Both the position numbers and the translations under genes were made by a program. Shown here piece after piece: positions 1-10,563 of a stretch of 64,000 nucleotides of DNA. Within the stretch, counting starts at the first letter, position 1, and every line of letters begins with the position of its first letter. The notes under the pieces are model-generated. The model searched no databases. It was not told where the DNA came from and saw only the letters and a list, made by a program, of their open reading frames with translations. The DNA is taken from contig CBDCCZ010000021.1 of the NCBI GenBank assembly GCA_965215005.1, forward strand, positions 25,068 through 89,067. The letters run 5' to 3'. The stretch is from Kofleriaceae bacterium (GTDB taxonomy: Bacteria > Myxococcota_A > Polyangia > Haliangiales > Haliangiaceae).

Positions 1-166
1 GGAACATGCGGACGAACTCGGGCGACTCTGCGCGAGAAGGCAGGATTCGCTTCATGACCGCCAAGCGCTGCCCATCGACCTCATCGCGGACGAGGAACAC
101 TTCCGCCATGCCGCCTTGCCCCAGGCGGCGCAAAATCGTGTAGGAGGTGTCGGTGCGGGAAGCCAT
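1..166 (-). CDS. Hanks-type Ser/Thr protein kinase, N-terminal part (runs off the window)
   Basis: Not in the ORF track. Manual translation from ATG at 166: MASRTDTSYTILRRLGQGGMAEVFLVRDEVDGQRLAVMKRILPSRAESPEFVRMF, i.e. Gly-rich loop, VxK lysine and the start of the alphaC helix. Confidence 0.9.
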   Translation of the reverse strand, partial: MASRTDTSYTILRRLGQGGMAEVFLVRDEVDGQRLAVMKRILPSRAESPEFVRMF

Positions 167-250
167 CGGGCGCTTGTAACTACGGTGAGCCATCATCCAG
201 GCGGTGAATGCTCAGCATGAGCTTACCTACCTTGTGCTAGCCTTCTGAGC

Positions 251-1576
251 ATGCAAGCCGCCACCGACGTAATCTCGCGGCACCGATGGATAGCGCGGTT
301 TCGAGTACGTGTCGTGCAGGGCGTCGACGCTGGATCCACCGTCGAGTCCGAGGGTGACGAGCTCACGGTCGGCACCGCCAAGGGCAATCATCTGCAGCTT
401 CAAGATCCGGCTGTTTCTCGGCATCATTGCACGTTTCGTATTTCCGACGAGGGCATCGAGCTTCGCGACCTCGATAGCACCAACCACACTACCTTAGCCG
501 GCTTCCGCGTTGCTTCCGCGTACATCGGACCCGGTGCGCGAGTGGGGCTGGGAAATACCGCGTTGGTGGTCGAGCCGATGGAGGAGGAGCACTGCGTTGC
601 CCTTAGCGAAAGCGAAGCCTTCGGAGGGCTGCTCGGCGCCAGCGAGCCCATGCGGCGAGTGTTTGCAGTCGCAGAGCGCATTGCCAGCGCGCCGGTCAAT
701 ATCTTGATCGAAGGCGAGACGGGCACCGGCAAGGGCGCCTTGGCGGAAGCCATTCATGAAGCCAGTCCCCGCGCCGCTGGGCCGTTCGTGGTCGTCGACT
801 GCAGCGCGCTTCCTGGTGGCCTTCTCGAGAGTGAGCTGTTCGGCGCCGAATCCGGTGCCTTCACCGGCGCTGAACGCCGCCGCGTCGGTCTTCTCGAGTC
901 TGCCCATGGCGGCACCGTCTTTCTCGACGAGATCGGCGAGCTGCCCCTCGAGGCGCAGCCCAAGCTGCTTCGCGCGCTCGAGAATCGCGAGGTCTATCGC
1001 TTGGGGTCTTCTCGGCCCGTGGCGCTCGATTTTCGCCTCATTGCGGCGACCAATCGCGACCTCCGGCGGGCTGTGAACAAAGGCACATTTCGCGCGGATC
1101 TGCTCTATCGAGTCAACACAGTTCGTATCGAGATGCCGGCGCTGCGTGACAGACGCGAGGACATTCCGCTTCTCGTTCGTTATCTACATCGCCGCATCAC
1201 CGGTGCCGAAGGAACGCTGCCGCCCGAGGTCGTGAAGTCGCTGCAGGAGCGAGATTGGCCAGGCAACGTTCGCGAGCTGCGCAGCGCCGTCGAGCGCAGC
1301 GCATTGCTCGGGCTCACGGAAGAAGAGCTCGTCGGGCTAACTCCAGCGCCTCTGCAGCTCTCGAAAGCATCCACCAGCGCTGCTACGAGTGAGCCCGATC
1401 TATCGATTCCCTTTCAAGAAGCGAAGCGTTTGGTCGTTGATGAGTTCGAACAGCGCTACCTGCGCGCCTTGCTCACCGCCGCGGGCGACAACATCTCCCA
1501 GGCGGCGCGTCTGGCGAGCATGGACCGGGGCTATCTGCGCAAGCTGCTCGAAAGACATCAGTTGCGAACGGCGTAA
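251..1576 (+). CDS. FHA-domain sigma54-dependent transcriptional activator (FHA-AAA+-Fis HTH)
   Basis: FHA motifs (VG..SRHH..DLDSTN), Walker A GETGTGK, ESELFG, GAFTGA, Walker [17 protein letters not shown]-terminal [11 protein letters not shown]. Confidence 0.95.
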   Translation: MQAATDVISRHRWIARFRVRVVQGVDAGSTVESEGDELTVGTAKGNHLQLQDPAVSRHHCTFRISDEGIELRDLDSTNHTTLAGFRVASAYIGPGARVGLGNTALVVEPMEEEHCVALSESEAFGGLLGASEPMRRVFAVAERIASAPVNILIEGETGTGKGALAEAIHEASPRAAGPFVVVDCSALPGGLLESELFGAESGAFTGAERRRVGLLESAHGGTVFLDEIGELPLEAQPKLLRALENREVYRLGSSRPVALDFRLIAATNRDLRRAVNKGTFRADLLYRVNTVRIEMPALRDRREDIPLLVRYLHRRITGAEGTLPPEVVKSLQERDWPGNVRELRSAVERSALLGLTEEELVGLTPAPLQLSKASTSAATSEPDLSIPFQEAKRLVVDEFEQRYLRALLTAAGDNISQAARLASMDRGYLRKLLERHQLRTA

Positions 1577-1581
1577 GGCGG

Positions 1582-2550
1582 GTGCGGATGTTCGTACTTG
1601 CGGTGTGGCTATTTACGGCCGTCGGTGCGAGCACAGCGCAAGCCGATAAGCGCGAGCAGGCGCGCTCGCTTTTCGAAGAAGCGGCCGAGCTCGTCGACAG
1701 TGGCGACCTGCAGGCAGCTCTCGAGCGCTATCGGGCTGCGTACGAGTTAGCGCCGCGTCCGAAGATTCTTTACAACATCGCACTGGTTCTCGACCACCTG
1801 GGACGCTTGCCTGACGCGGCCGAGGCCTATGACGAGTATCTACGGCGTCATCCTGCTGATGAGGCCACAAGAGTCGCAAAGGTTCGCAGGCGTCTGGCCG
1901 AGTTGGACCGAGATCTGGGCGCGGTCGAGCTCGAGGTGGCGCATGCGCGCGCAGAAGTCCGCCTCGATGGCCGGGTTCTGGGCGTTGGTCGGGGCGTCTA
2001 CCGCGCCCGCGTCGTTCCGGGCGAGCACGTTCTCATCGTAGAGAATGCCCTCGACACAGAGCGCGACCGCACCTTGAACATCGCGGCAGGGCAGCTGCTG
2101 CGCATCGCCATCGCCGCTGAGCCTCTGCCTCCAGGGCAGCCTCTCACTACGTCCGTCTCCGATGATGCGTCGCCGCGATGGCTGGCGTTCGTGCGGGCTG
2201 ACGTCGATGCAATGGGGCGTGGCGCGGTGACCGCGCCCGGCGCTGGCGTGCGTGTCGCGGGCCCGGCATACGTGCTCGCCAACGCGCTCGTCGGCCGTGC
2301 TTCGGGCTTCGAAGTTGCGCTTCTCCTCTCCGGGGGGCGCCAGTGGCGACCACGCGCGATGTTGGCGATGCCGGTGTTCTTCGCCGATGGACCGCGGCCC
2401 TTGGTGCGCGGTGCGTTGGGTCTCGAGCGCAGATTCTCACGTGCGATAGGAATCACCGTAGATGCTGGAGTCGGCCGACTTCTGCGCGCGACTGATGATT
2501 TTCTAACAACGGCGTTCGTGGTGTCGTTTGGCCTGCAGGTGACGCGATGA
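1582..2550 (+). CDS. Exported TPR + PEGA-like protein with a C-terminal beta-strand-rich domain
   Basis: Signal peptide; TPR-like helices (AALERYRAAYEL..ILYNIA); AEVRLDG..PGEH PEGA-like segment. Start may be the ATG at 1588. Confidence 0.75.
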   Translation: MRMFVLAVWLFTAVGASTAQADKREQARSLFEEAAELVDSGDLQAALERYRAAYELAPRPKILYNIALVLDHLGRLPDAAEAYDEYLRRHPADEATRVAKVRRRLAELDRDLGAVELEVAHARAEVRLDGRVLGVGRGVYRARVVPGEHVLIVENALDTERDRTLNIAAGQLLRIAIAAEPLPPGQPLTTSVSDDASPRWLAFVRADVDAMGRGAVTAPGAGVRVAGPAYVLANALVGRASGFEVALLLSGGRQWRPRAMLAMPVFFADGPRPLVRGALGLERRFSRAIGITVDAGVGRLLRATDDFLTTAFVVSFGLQVTR

Positions 2551-5500
2551 GACTCCTATGTTGGCTAATCATCTTGGGCAGCCTGTTGGCTGGCTGTGAT
2601 GACGTCGAACGCCAAACGCTGACTTTCGCGCTAACGAGTGGCAAGCGCGGCGTAAGGACCAACTTCCTGCTCCCAAGCATGCCGTTAACCGCCGCGGTGG
2701 CAGGAGGCGACGTCGATGGTGATGGTGTCGATGATGCGCTGGTGGTAGCGGCCGATGGTCAAAATCGCGCGCTGGTCTTCTCGCGCGTCTTCTCAGACCC
2801 TGCTGCAGCAAAGTGGGACTTGGGTGCTTCCCCGCCTATCCCTGAGGCTTACGGACTTGCCGCCATGATTCCCGGTGACCTCAATGGCGATGGCTACGCG
2901 GATTCGATCGTTGCTTCGGGCGAGAATGCCGGCGACACGCCGATACTGCGGTCGCTCAATGTCTATCTTGGTGGGCCCGATGGGCCATCGTCGGGGCCGA
3001 CCTCTAAGATACAAATTGCAGCCGGAGCCAATGTCACTTCAATCGCCGTCGCCGGAGACCTCAATGGCGATGAGCGCGCAGATCTAATTCTGGGCGGCCC
3101 TGACTGTGTAGCCAACACCGGCCGTCTGCTCGTGCTCTACGGGGGTAGCGATCAGCTGAGCGAAGTGTCGTCCGAGGAAATGATGAACGTCGGCGCGGGT
3201 GCCGGAGCTGCGGTGGCACCCGCAGGCGATCTCGACGGAGATGGCTTTGGCGACGTGCTGGTAACTGCTAATGGCTGCGGAGGGCCGGCTCGGGTTCATT
3301 TGCTGCGGGGCAGCCGTGATGGATTGATCGCGGTCCCGGCTTGGACCGCTTTATCGCCAGATGCGACCCGCGCCTTTGGTAGCTCGATTTCCGGCGTTGG
3401 CGACATCGATGGCGATGGTGCTCCTGACATCGCGATAGGCGCGGGCGGCCGCACGGCTGAAACGCCAGGCGTCATCTATGTGTACTTCGGTGAAGACAAC
3501 AGCCTGGCGGAAACGTCGACGCTGCTGATTGAGGCGCCGAATGGGGAGCCCCGATTTGGGCGCAGCGTGGTGGGTCTAGGAGATGTGAATGGAGATGGTC
3601 TCGGCGACTTTGGCGCCACGACCCGCTTCGGCAATGGTCGCGGCTACATCTATACAGGACGATTGCGAGAGCTCGGCGGTCCTCCGGCAGCCCCACGCGC
3701 ATTGATTCAACCAGATGCTGGCGACTGCTTGCTAGATGCGCTCACGCGACTCGGGGACGTCGACGGCGACGGTTTGCCGGAGGTGGGCCAAGCCTTGATG
3801 AATGACCGGGGCATTGCCATCAAAGTCGTCGGTATCCGAGCCGCGGGTCCCGCGCCTGATGCAGAATGGCTGAGTCATCCCACTGATCAACGTGATGCCC
3901 GTCTCGGGACCAGCGTCGCCACCGCCGGCGATGTCGATGGCGACGGATTTACGGACCTGCTTGCCGGCGCACCGCGATGGGATGGCCAGGCTGAGAATGA
4001 AGGAAGCGCCTATCTGTTTCGCGGCAGCGCCACCGGATTGCACAGCGAACCAGCTTGGTCAGCGGCTCCCACTGGTCAACTAGGTGCTGAGTTTGGTCAT
4101 TCCATGGCGGCCTGTGATGTCAATGGTGATGGCTTCTCCGACGTCGTCATCGCGGCGCGCAGCTGGGACGGTGAGCAGCCAAACATCGGCCGCGCATTTG
4201 CCTTTTTGGGTAGCCGCACCGGCTTGAGCGAAGTGCCAGATTGGGAGGTCTCGCCCACCTCGCTTCGCGGCGCCCACTTCGGTGCTGTGGTCACGGTAGC
4301 CGGGGACGTCAATGGCGACGGATTTTGCGATATCGCGATCTCAGCCGACAATTGGAACGGTGAAGCTGCCGCTGAGGGACGGGTTTATGTGTTCCATGGC
4401 AGTCGCGCAGGGCTCGCTACAGAGCCTGCGGTGGCGCTAGATTCAAGTGATCAAGAGCTAGCGAATTTTGGCCAGGGTCTGTCCGGCGCAGGTGACGTCA
4501 ACGGTGATGGCTACGATGACCTGCTCGTAGGGGCCGACGACTGGACTGGCGAAGCCTCGGCAGAAGGACGCGCCTACTTATTCGCAGGCGGCCCCGACGG
4601 CGTCGCCGTAGAGCCGATTTGGACTGCCGATCCAACCGACAACGACGGCGCCGGCTATGGTGAGCCAGTGGCAGCGGCGGGGGATGTCAATGGCGACGGA
4701 TATGCTGACTTCCTCGTTGGTGCGTTCGGCTACGGGCAAGGCGCTGGACGCGCCTACCTCTATTACGGGGGTCCGTCGGGTCCGCTCCCAGAGCCATGGC
4801 TCGCTGGCGACGCCAACGTTGCTATGGCGGCCCTCGGCGCGGGGCTGGCGGCAGGTGACGTTAATGGCGATGGCGTCGGCGATGCGGTCGTTGGCACTCG
4901 TACCGGGGTGAGCGAGGTGTCATGGCGAGCTGCCGTGTATTTAGGGCAATCGACGGGTTTGCGCGCGGAGCCTGAGCGCTTACTGTCGTCTACCGGTTAC
5001 AACACCGATGTTGCTGCAGCACTCACGGTGGCAGACTTCAATGGAGATGGCTTTGGAGACGTGATTGCCGGTGCGACTCGATTTGCCGGGGAGGTGCCCG
5101 GCGAAGGTGGCGTATTCGGCTATTACGGTGGTGATGGTGGTCGCGGTGTGGCGCGCGGGCTTGGCCAGTTCAACGTTACCAATCGAGAGCGAATTGGCGC
5201 CGGCGGCGTGGCTGACGGAGATGTCATGCTCGAGATGCGCATCAACCCCGAGTCTCCGTATGGGGGATTGTACCGCGTCGAGTTCGAAATCACTGCCGCT
5301 GCGGCGTTCGTAGGTGAGGATCTGCGTTTGTCTGCGCCTGTGGTGCGCGGTGACGTAGCCACCGTGACGCTGCAGGAGTTAGCGCCAGGAGCCTATCAGT
5401 GGCGCGCGCGCCTAGTCTATCCGGCCGGACTCGGTCATGGCCAGTGGGTCGGTTTCGATCTCAACAATGTCGAGATGCCCGATTTCATCGTAGAGCCACT

Positions 5501-5660
5501 CTCGCCTAGAGGAGGCTCCGACGGTGATGCCAGTTCTAGCGACGCGCGCAGCTTCTACGGCTGCCGGGCCACTCAAGGTGGCGACGCCGTGACGCTGGCG
5601 CTGATGCTGTGTGCGCTGGTCCTGTTGCAGCGCAAGTGCCGCCGCGTGCGCCGCGTGTGA
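2547..5660 (+). CDS. FG-GAP (integrin-alpha-like) repeat lipoprotein with a MYXO-CTERM-like tail
   Basis: Lipobox LAGC; 14 xD(V/L/I/F)(D/N)GDxxxD-type repeats; C-terminal GC + hydrophobic stretch + RKCRRVRRV. Overlaps the upstream stop (ATGA). Confidence 0.9.
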   Translation: MRLLCWLIILGSLLAGCDDVERQTLTFALTSGKRGVRTNFLLPSMPLTAAVAGGDVDGDGVDDALVVAADGQNRALVFSRVFSDPAAAKWDLGASPPIPEAYGLAAMIPGDLNGDGYADSIVASGENAGDTPILRSLNVYLGGPDGPSSGPTSKIQIAAGANVTSIAVAGDLNGDERADLILGGPDCVANTGRLLVLYGGSDQLSEVSSEEMMNVGAGAGAAVAPAGDLDGDGFGDVLVTANGCGGPARVHLLRGSRDGLIAVPAWTALSPDATRAFGSSISGVGDIDGDGAPDIAIGAGGRTAETPGVIYVYFGEDNSLAETSTLLIEAPNGEPRFGRSVVGLGDVNGDGLGDFGATTRFGNGRGYIYTGRLRELGGPPAAPRALIQPDAGDCLLDALTRLGDVDGDGLPEVGQALMNDRGIAIKVVGIRAAGPAPDAEWLSHPTDQRDARLGTSVATAGDVDGDGFTDLLAGAPRWDGQAENEGSAYLFRGSATGLHSEPAWSAAPTGQLGAEFGHSMAACDVNGDGFSDVVIAARSWDGEQPNIGRAFAFLGSRTGLSEVPDWEVSPTSLRGAHFGAVVTVAGDVNGDGFCDIAISADNWNGEAAAEGRVYVFHGSRAGLATEPAVALDSSDQELANFGQGLSGAGDVNGDGYDDLLVGADDWTGEASAEGRAYLFAGGPDGVAVEPIWTADPTDNDGAGYGEPVAAAGDVNGDGYADFLVGAFGYGQGAGRAYLYYGGPSGPLPEPWLAGDANVAMAALGAGLAAGDVNGDGVGDAVVGTRTGVSEVSWRAAVYLGQSTGLRAEPERLLSSTGYNTDVAAALTVADFNGDGFGDVIAGATRFAGEVPGEGGVFGYYGGDGGRGVARGLGQFNVTNRERIGAGGVADGDVMLEMRINPESPYGGLYRVEFEITAAAAFVGEDLRLSAPVVRGDVATVTLQELAPGAYQWRARLVYPAGLGHGQWVGFDLNNVEMPDFIVEPLSPRGGSDGDASSSDARSFYGCRATQGGDAVTLALMLCALVLLQRKCRRVRRV

Positions 5661-5662
5661 TG

Positions 5663-7075
5663 TCAGAGCAGGCCTTCGAGTGGGCCGGTGCAGGCATCGC
5701 CATTGCCAAAGCTGCGCATCGGAACCCCCATCATGTTTGCCACCGATACCAACAGGTTGTTGTGTGGCAGACCCGTGGTGGGGAACCCTCGATCACGGGT
5801 CTGGCGCGGAAGCTGTAAGTAACGTCCCGTTCGCAGCGCACCGCCGGCCTGACCCGCCAGCATCCACGGTAGCAGGTGCAGGTCGTGACTTCCTGAGGCG
5901 ATCTGCCCACACCAGAGCACGACGGTGTTGTGCAATAGCGAGTTACCGTCAGCGTCCGGCATGTCCTTGAGCATCTGCAACGTGTTTGCGAGGTACCGCG
6001 CGTATCCAACGTAGAGTCTTTGCACCACCGCGACGGCGTCGGCATTGTCGCGCAGTCCGCCGTTTTCGGCGGTCTTATGGATGAGATCGTGCAGAGCGCT
6101 GGTCCCGAACATGCCCGGCGTGTAGCCGGCTGCATCATTACTGAGCTGTTCGATGTCGATTGTGACCACCCGTGTCAGATCGCAGGCAAGCGCGGTGACG
6201 CCAAGCCGGGTGAAGATTTCGGTTCTGCGATCGAGACAGGTGGGACCGGCTCCATACGGGCACGCGCCATCAAAGTCGCCAATGAGGGACATCCGCTCGG
6301 GGACCTCGCAGGTGAGCCCGGCACTGAGCGCTAGCCTCGCTTCGAGATCTCGAATCTGGTCGGCATGTGCTTCGAGCTTGCGACGGTCGTCAGTCGCAAG
6401 TTGATTCTTCACCGATTGGAGCTCGTCTTTGACCAGGTCGAGCACGCTCTGATCCCTTCGTGCTCTGGCAAGGTCGCCGTCCGGACCGTGCCCACCGGGA
6501 AACAGCCGGTCAAATGCCTTGTTGGCATCGGCCTCGGCAGGAACGTATTCGCCGGCGCCGCTCCACGAGACGCCCGTCTTGAAGGAGCCATTGCCTACGC
6601 ACGTGTATTCTAGCGATGGGATCGCAGTCAACGGCCGATTCGCATTGAGCGCATTGGCGATTGCAATGTTGATGCTCGGTCCTCCTGCTTGCGCGTCACC
6701 GGAGCGGCTGATTCCAGTCAACGCATGCGTACCGCCTGCCACGTGGGCATTGGCTGCGGGCGAGGAGTCGAGCTCTGCTGAGATCATGTCGAGCCCATCG
6801 AGCACGACCAGATCGTCCTGGTGCGCGCGCAGAGGGGCATGAAGTGGACCCAGCTCGAAGGCACGCTCGGTGGGCGCAGCGCCGCCGAGCCCTCGCGGTC
6901 GCCACTTGCTGCGCAGTGTGCCTTGATGGGTATAGAAGATGAGCAGGCGCGTCGGTACAGAGCCCTCTGCAGCCCGAGCAAATCGCCGATGGCCAAGCGA
7001 GGGCAAAAAGTAGGCTCCACCCAAAAGGCCGAGCGTACGGAGCATCGAGCGACGCGACAAGCGAGTGTTTTGCAT
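5663..7075 (-). CDS. DUF1552 family protein, Tat-exported
   Basis: Tat motif SRRSMLR; LxVLDGL, DRRKLEAHADQIRDLE, ALACDLTRV, GNSLLHNT and PHNNLLVS motifs; directly downstream of a DUF1592-type gene. Confidence 0.9.
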   Translation of the reverse strand: MQNTRLSRRSMLRTLGLLGGAYFLPSLGHRRFARAAEGSVPTRLLIFYTHQGTLRSKWRPRGLGGAAPTERAFELGPLHAPLRAHQDDLVVLDGLDMISAELDSSPAANAHVAGGTHALTGISRSGDAQAGGPSINIAIANALNANRPLTAIPSLEYTCVGNGSFKTGVSWSGAGEYVPAEADANKAFDRLFPGGHGPDGDLARARRDQSVLDLVKDELQSVKNQLATDDRRKLEAHADQIRDLEARLALSAGLTCEVPERMSLIGDFDGACPYGAGPTCLDRRTEIFTRLGVTALACDLTRVVTIDIEQLSNDAAGYTPGMFGTSALHDLIHKTAENGGLRDNADAVAVVQRLYVGYARYLANTLQMLKDMPDADGNSLLHNTVVLWCGQIASGSHDLHLLPWMLAGQAGGALRTGRYLQLPRQTRDRGFPTTGLPHNNLLVSVANMMGVPMRSFGNGDACTGPLEGLL

Positions 7076-7090
7076 GTCTATCGTGTCTTT

Positions 7091-8749
7091 CTACTGCTGG
7101 AGCGCCGCGCGGTGCGTGAAAGCTGCGCTGGTGACCACATGAACGAGAAGCTCACGCAGGTCATAGCCGGATGCTGCAAAATCCGCACTCAGGGCCGTTA
7201 CTAATTCTCGGTCGAGCTCAGCTCGAGGAACTCGATAGGCATAGGATAGCCAGTGTGCAGTCACACACCTGGCGACTTGCTCGCTAGATGCCAGCAATCG
7301 CGACAGCTCAGGTGCTCCGTAGAATTCTCCATCCACGTCACTGGTTCCGGTTAGCCAGCCCGACCCGTCAACTGGTAGCTCGTTGTCGAGCACGCGCCAC
7401 TGTCCGATGGCGTCATAGTGAGAAAATGCAAAGCCCACCCCGTCGATGGATTTATGACAGGCGGCACAGGTTCCTTGCTCGTGCGTCATCGCGATGCGCT
7501 GACGCGTCGTCGCCGGTTGATCTGGATCAAAAGGCGGGACGTCGAGAATCACGTCGGCTGGCGCCGGCGGTGGGCGCTGGCAGAGCAGTCTATCGAGAAC
7601 GAAGACCCCTCGTTGCACCGGGGCGTCGGCGGTTTCATTCGCCATCGCGGCGAGAAATCCGACCTGCGTCAACAGACCGGCGCGCTCCGCTGGATCGAGA
7701 TCGACGAGCGTTTGACCGTCGCCACCTGGTGAATCGACGCCGTAGAGCGGCGCCAGTTCATCATCGACGAAGGCGCGGGAATCGAGCAGCAGCGCTGAGA
7801 GGCTACCTTCCTCCCAAACCGCGTGATCGACGAACGCTCGGAGCGACTGTCGCATCGAGCGAGCGACCTCAGCGTTGAACTCCGGGAATAGTTCCTCGCT
7901 CTTGACGAGCTCGCCGAGTGCATCGTACTCGAGCCATTGGCGATAGAAATTGCGTACGCCAACTCGTGCGCGATCATCGGCCATGAGCCGGCGAGCGTGG
8001 GTCTCGATACTCGCGGCATCCGTTAGAGCGCCAGCAGCCGCGGCATCGAGTAGGGTTTCATCGGGAGGGCTGCCCCATAGAAGGTAGGAGAGTCGCGTGG
8101 CGACCTCGTAGGAGGTGAGGGGCACTGCGCTGTCTTGGATCGCTTCGCCGCTACCGAGCTCGAGGCGATAGAGGAACTTGGGCGACTGCAGGAAGATCTC
8201 GATGAGGAGCTGAATGCTTGCTGCGAAGGAGTCTTGCGCGCGCTCGAGCGCATAAAGCTCGCGCAACTTCGCGCTCTCGACTTCCGTGAGCGGCCGCCGA
8301 TACACGCGGCGGCCAAAGCGTTCGATGAACGTCGCGGCGCAATCGAGCTCTTCATCGGGGGTGCTTGGGGCACACGGCAGAAACGCATCGAGCTGACCGA
8401 CGGCAGCGGAAGCAATGGCAATGGCTGCGCTGCGATACGTCTCGATTAGCAGTGGAGTGGGCGACTGCGAATTGCTGTCATTGTCGAAGCCGCTGACCGT
8501 CGCATCGATCGGCAACACGACATTTGGCAGCTCCAACCCCGGGAACAGGTCCGCAATGCTTTGCTCGTACTCAAAGGCCGACAATCGCGCGAGCGGTGCG
8601 GGTCCGTACGCCGGAGCTGTCGGCTCGTCATTGCTCGGATCCGCGGCGGCCCCGTTGGGGCCCCATATTTTGCCCTCGCAGCCTGCGAGGGACGCGAGGG
8701 CGTGCAGAACGAGGACCGCGGTGGGCAGGGCTCTCATGGGCATTCGCAT
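7091..8749 (-). CDS. DUF1592/DUF1588/DUF1595 (PSD-type) domain lipoprotein
   Basis: Lipobox LAGC; RLSxxEY, RRPLT, SPKFLYR, ATRLSYLLW..PPD, PVQRGVFV and CAACH motifs. Start is uncertain among ATGs at 8761/8749/8743/8737; 8761 lies upstream of the predicted sigma54 transcription start. Confidence 0.9.
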   Translation of the reverse strand: MRMPMRALPTAVLVLHALASLAGCEGKIWGPNGAAADPSNDEPTAPAYGPAPLARLSAFEYEQSIADLFPGLELPNVVLPIDATVSGFDNDSNSQSPTPLLIETYRSAAIAIASAAVGQLDAFLPCAPSTPDEELDCAATFIERFGRRVYRRPLTEVESAKLRELYALERAQDSFAASIQLLIEIFLQSPKFLYRLELGSGEAIQDSAVPLTSYEVATRLSYLLWGSPPDETLLDAAAAGALTDAASIETHARRLMADDRARVGVRNFYRQWLEYDALGELVKSEELFPEFNAEVARSMRQSLRAFVDHAVWEEGSLSALLLDSRAFVDDELAPLYGVDSPGGDGQTLVDLDPAERAGLLTQVGFLAAMANETADAPVQRGVFVLDRLLCQRPPPAPADVILDVPPFDPDQPATTRQRIAMTHEQGTCAACHKSIDGVGFAFSHYDAIGQWRVLDNELPVDGSGWLTGTSDVDGEFYGAPELSRLLASSEQVARCVTAHWLSYAYRVPRAELDRELVTALSADFAASGYDLRELLVHVVTSAAFTHRAALQQ

Positions 8750-8764
8750 GCGCCTCTGCATGAC

Positions 8765-8780
8765 AGCAACTTCTGTTCCT
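8765..8780 (-). promoter_or_regulatory. sigma54 (-24/-12) promoter candidate
   Basis: Minus strand AGGAACAGAAGTTGCT = GG-N10-GC with TTGC. Confidence 0.55.
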
Positions 8781-8937
8781 GCCGCAGCATGCTGCTAGGC
8801 GGTTGTTATCTATGGTTATTTCTGCGACGGCGCGAGGTGGGAGAGGCGATTGGAGAGAATAATCACCACCAGCGCACGTTGCGGGTCCCGGGGCTATTGT
8901 GGGGGTGTGAGCGCAGAGGCAGGACTGTCGTGCTACG

Positions 8938-10398
8938 TCAGCGACAGATGTCCTGGGCCTCTCGAAAGCACGCTTTCCCGCCCGCATGGCACACGCAGGT
9001 GAACGCCTGGTCGAGATTGCAGGTCTTGACGAAGGAGTCATAGCTGCCGCACAGGGGCTCACCGTAGCGCTGGGGATCGGTGAAACAGGATTTTCCGCCG
9101 CTGCCGCGCACGCAATCGAAGATGCTCTGATAGTGGAGTTGTAGCCCAGCAACGTTGCACTTTGTCGAGCCGACCTTAGGACCCTCGACCGCGTATCGCT
9201 CGCAGCTGCTACTCGGAGAAGCGGGCGTGGTTTGATGGTCGCGTGTCCAAATATCTACGTCGAATAGCGTGAAGAGCCGGTAACGCAGTCCGACGCGACT
9301 TCCCAGCGCCTCGAACAAGTTGAGTGCAGCTCCGACTTCCGAGTTGACGTTGATGCCGAGCCTCAACCCAGATTCACGGTTGGTAGTTTCATAGATTCGT
9401 AGAAAGACGTTGGGCTCGACGTCTATATAGACGCCGGCCACCTTGAATGGAGCGACAGTGACTTTAGGTTTGATGAAGATCTTGCCTTCGAGGAGGAAGT
9501 CGCTGGTTGCCGAGACTCGGGGTGCGTGAGCGGTGGCTATAGGTGTGTGAACACGAAGCGGGGCGACCCACCCGTCTCCCGGCGCATGGTCGACCGCGCC
9601 GCTGAGGCGCTCGTTGAGCTCGATAGGAACAGTGATGTCGATGTCACCGTCGTAGGCGACCGACCAACCGGCAACCAGCTCCACCGTAATTACGATGGGA
9701 ACCCAGCCGGCGAGTATCACGAAGTCGCGCTTCATCCCCGGCAGCGGCGCTTCGTGCCCCACCCGCCCGGCGCCATGCGCTTCGAGGTGCAAGTTGAAGC
9801 TTGCAGCTAGCTTGATGTCGTAGTCGGCGTGGAATCGTCGCTCGGCGAGATTCATTGTCGCGCTCACGTCGGGAGTCACTGAGTAGGTTGCCGCGGAGAT
9901 GCCTGTGTTCACGTTTCCTGAGGCGAAGAGCCGCATAGAGCCAAGCGCGAACGCAAACCTTTGGGAGTCGGCGCGAGCGCTGTCGATGGAGCTAGGTGCG
10001 AAGTGCACGGAGAAGTCGAGCTGGTCGAATGCGTCGCCTAGACCGGCGAGCTCGGTTGTGGCTACGAATGTCGTGTCACTTAGTCGCTCGAGCTCGACGA
10101 CACGGCGAATCTCATTCGCGGCGACTAACACCGTACCCGCGGCGATCGTGGGTGCGTCGGGGGCAATTGAGAGGGTAAGCGTTTGCTCCGTTGCTGCGAC
10201 GAGCTCTACGCCTGAAGCTGAACCGAGTCGGACGGCATCTCGCCGCAGCTCGACCTGGTGCAGCTCCGCCTGTACAGCCTCGCTTGGTTGTAGGTTGTCG
10301 GTTGCATTGTCTAAACAACCGGCCGTCAATGCCAGCGGTATGGCCAGCTGCAACAGCCGATTGCAGAGGAGCGGTCGACGTCGTAGAGCGCGATGCAT
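8938..10398 (-). CDS. Uncharacterised beta-rich lipoprotein with a Cys-rich C-terminal domain (paralog 1)
   Basis: Lipobox-like TAGC; clear similarity to the neighbouring gene; 10 Cys in the last ~90 aa. Start placed at ATG 10398, downstream of the sigma54 motif. Confidence 0.8.
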   Translation of the reverse strand: MHRALRRRPLLCNRLLQLAIPLALTAGCLDNATDNLQPSEAVQAELHQVELRRDAVRLGSASGVELVAATEQTLTLSIAPDAPTIAAGTVLVAANEIRRVVELERLSDTTFVATTELAGLGDAFDQLDFSVHFAPSSIDSARADSQRFAFALGSMRLFASGNVNTGISAATYSVTPDVSATMNLAERRFHADYDIKLAASFNLHLEAHGAGRVGHEAPLPGMKRDFVILAGWVPIVITVELVAGWSVAYDGDIDITVPIELNERLSGAVDHAPGDGWVAPLRVHTPIATAHAPRVSATSDFLLEGKIFIKPKVTVAPFKVAGVYIDVEPNVFLRIYETTNRESGLRLGINVNSEVGAALNLFEALGSRVGLRYRLFTLFDVDIWTRDHQTTPASPSSSCERYAVEGPKVGSTKCNVAGLQLHYQSIFDCVRGSGGKSCFTDPQRYGEPLCGSYDSFVKTCNLDQAFTCVCHAGGKACFREAQDICR

Positions 10399-10411
10399 TC
10401 TCGACTCGCAT

Positions 10412-10427
10412 CGCAAAGCCGGTACCA
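10412..10427 (-). promoter_or_regulatory. sigma54 promoter candidate
   Basis: Minus strand TGGTACCGGCTTTGCG = GG-N10-GC. Confidence 0.65.
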
Positions 10428-10563
10428 AACCGGCTCTAACGGCGCCTAGAGGCGAAAATCAGCTCTGCTCGTCATTTTTTTACAGCTGAGAAACCGGCTC
10501 GTTGCATCCTACGGAATCGTGCGACGCCGCTGTCACCGTGGATAGCACAGCCGGCTTTCACGG

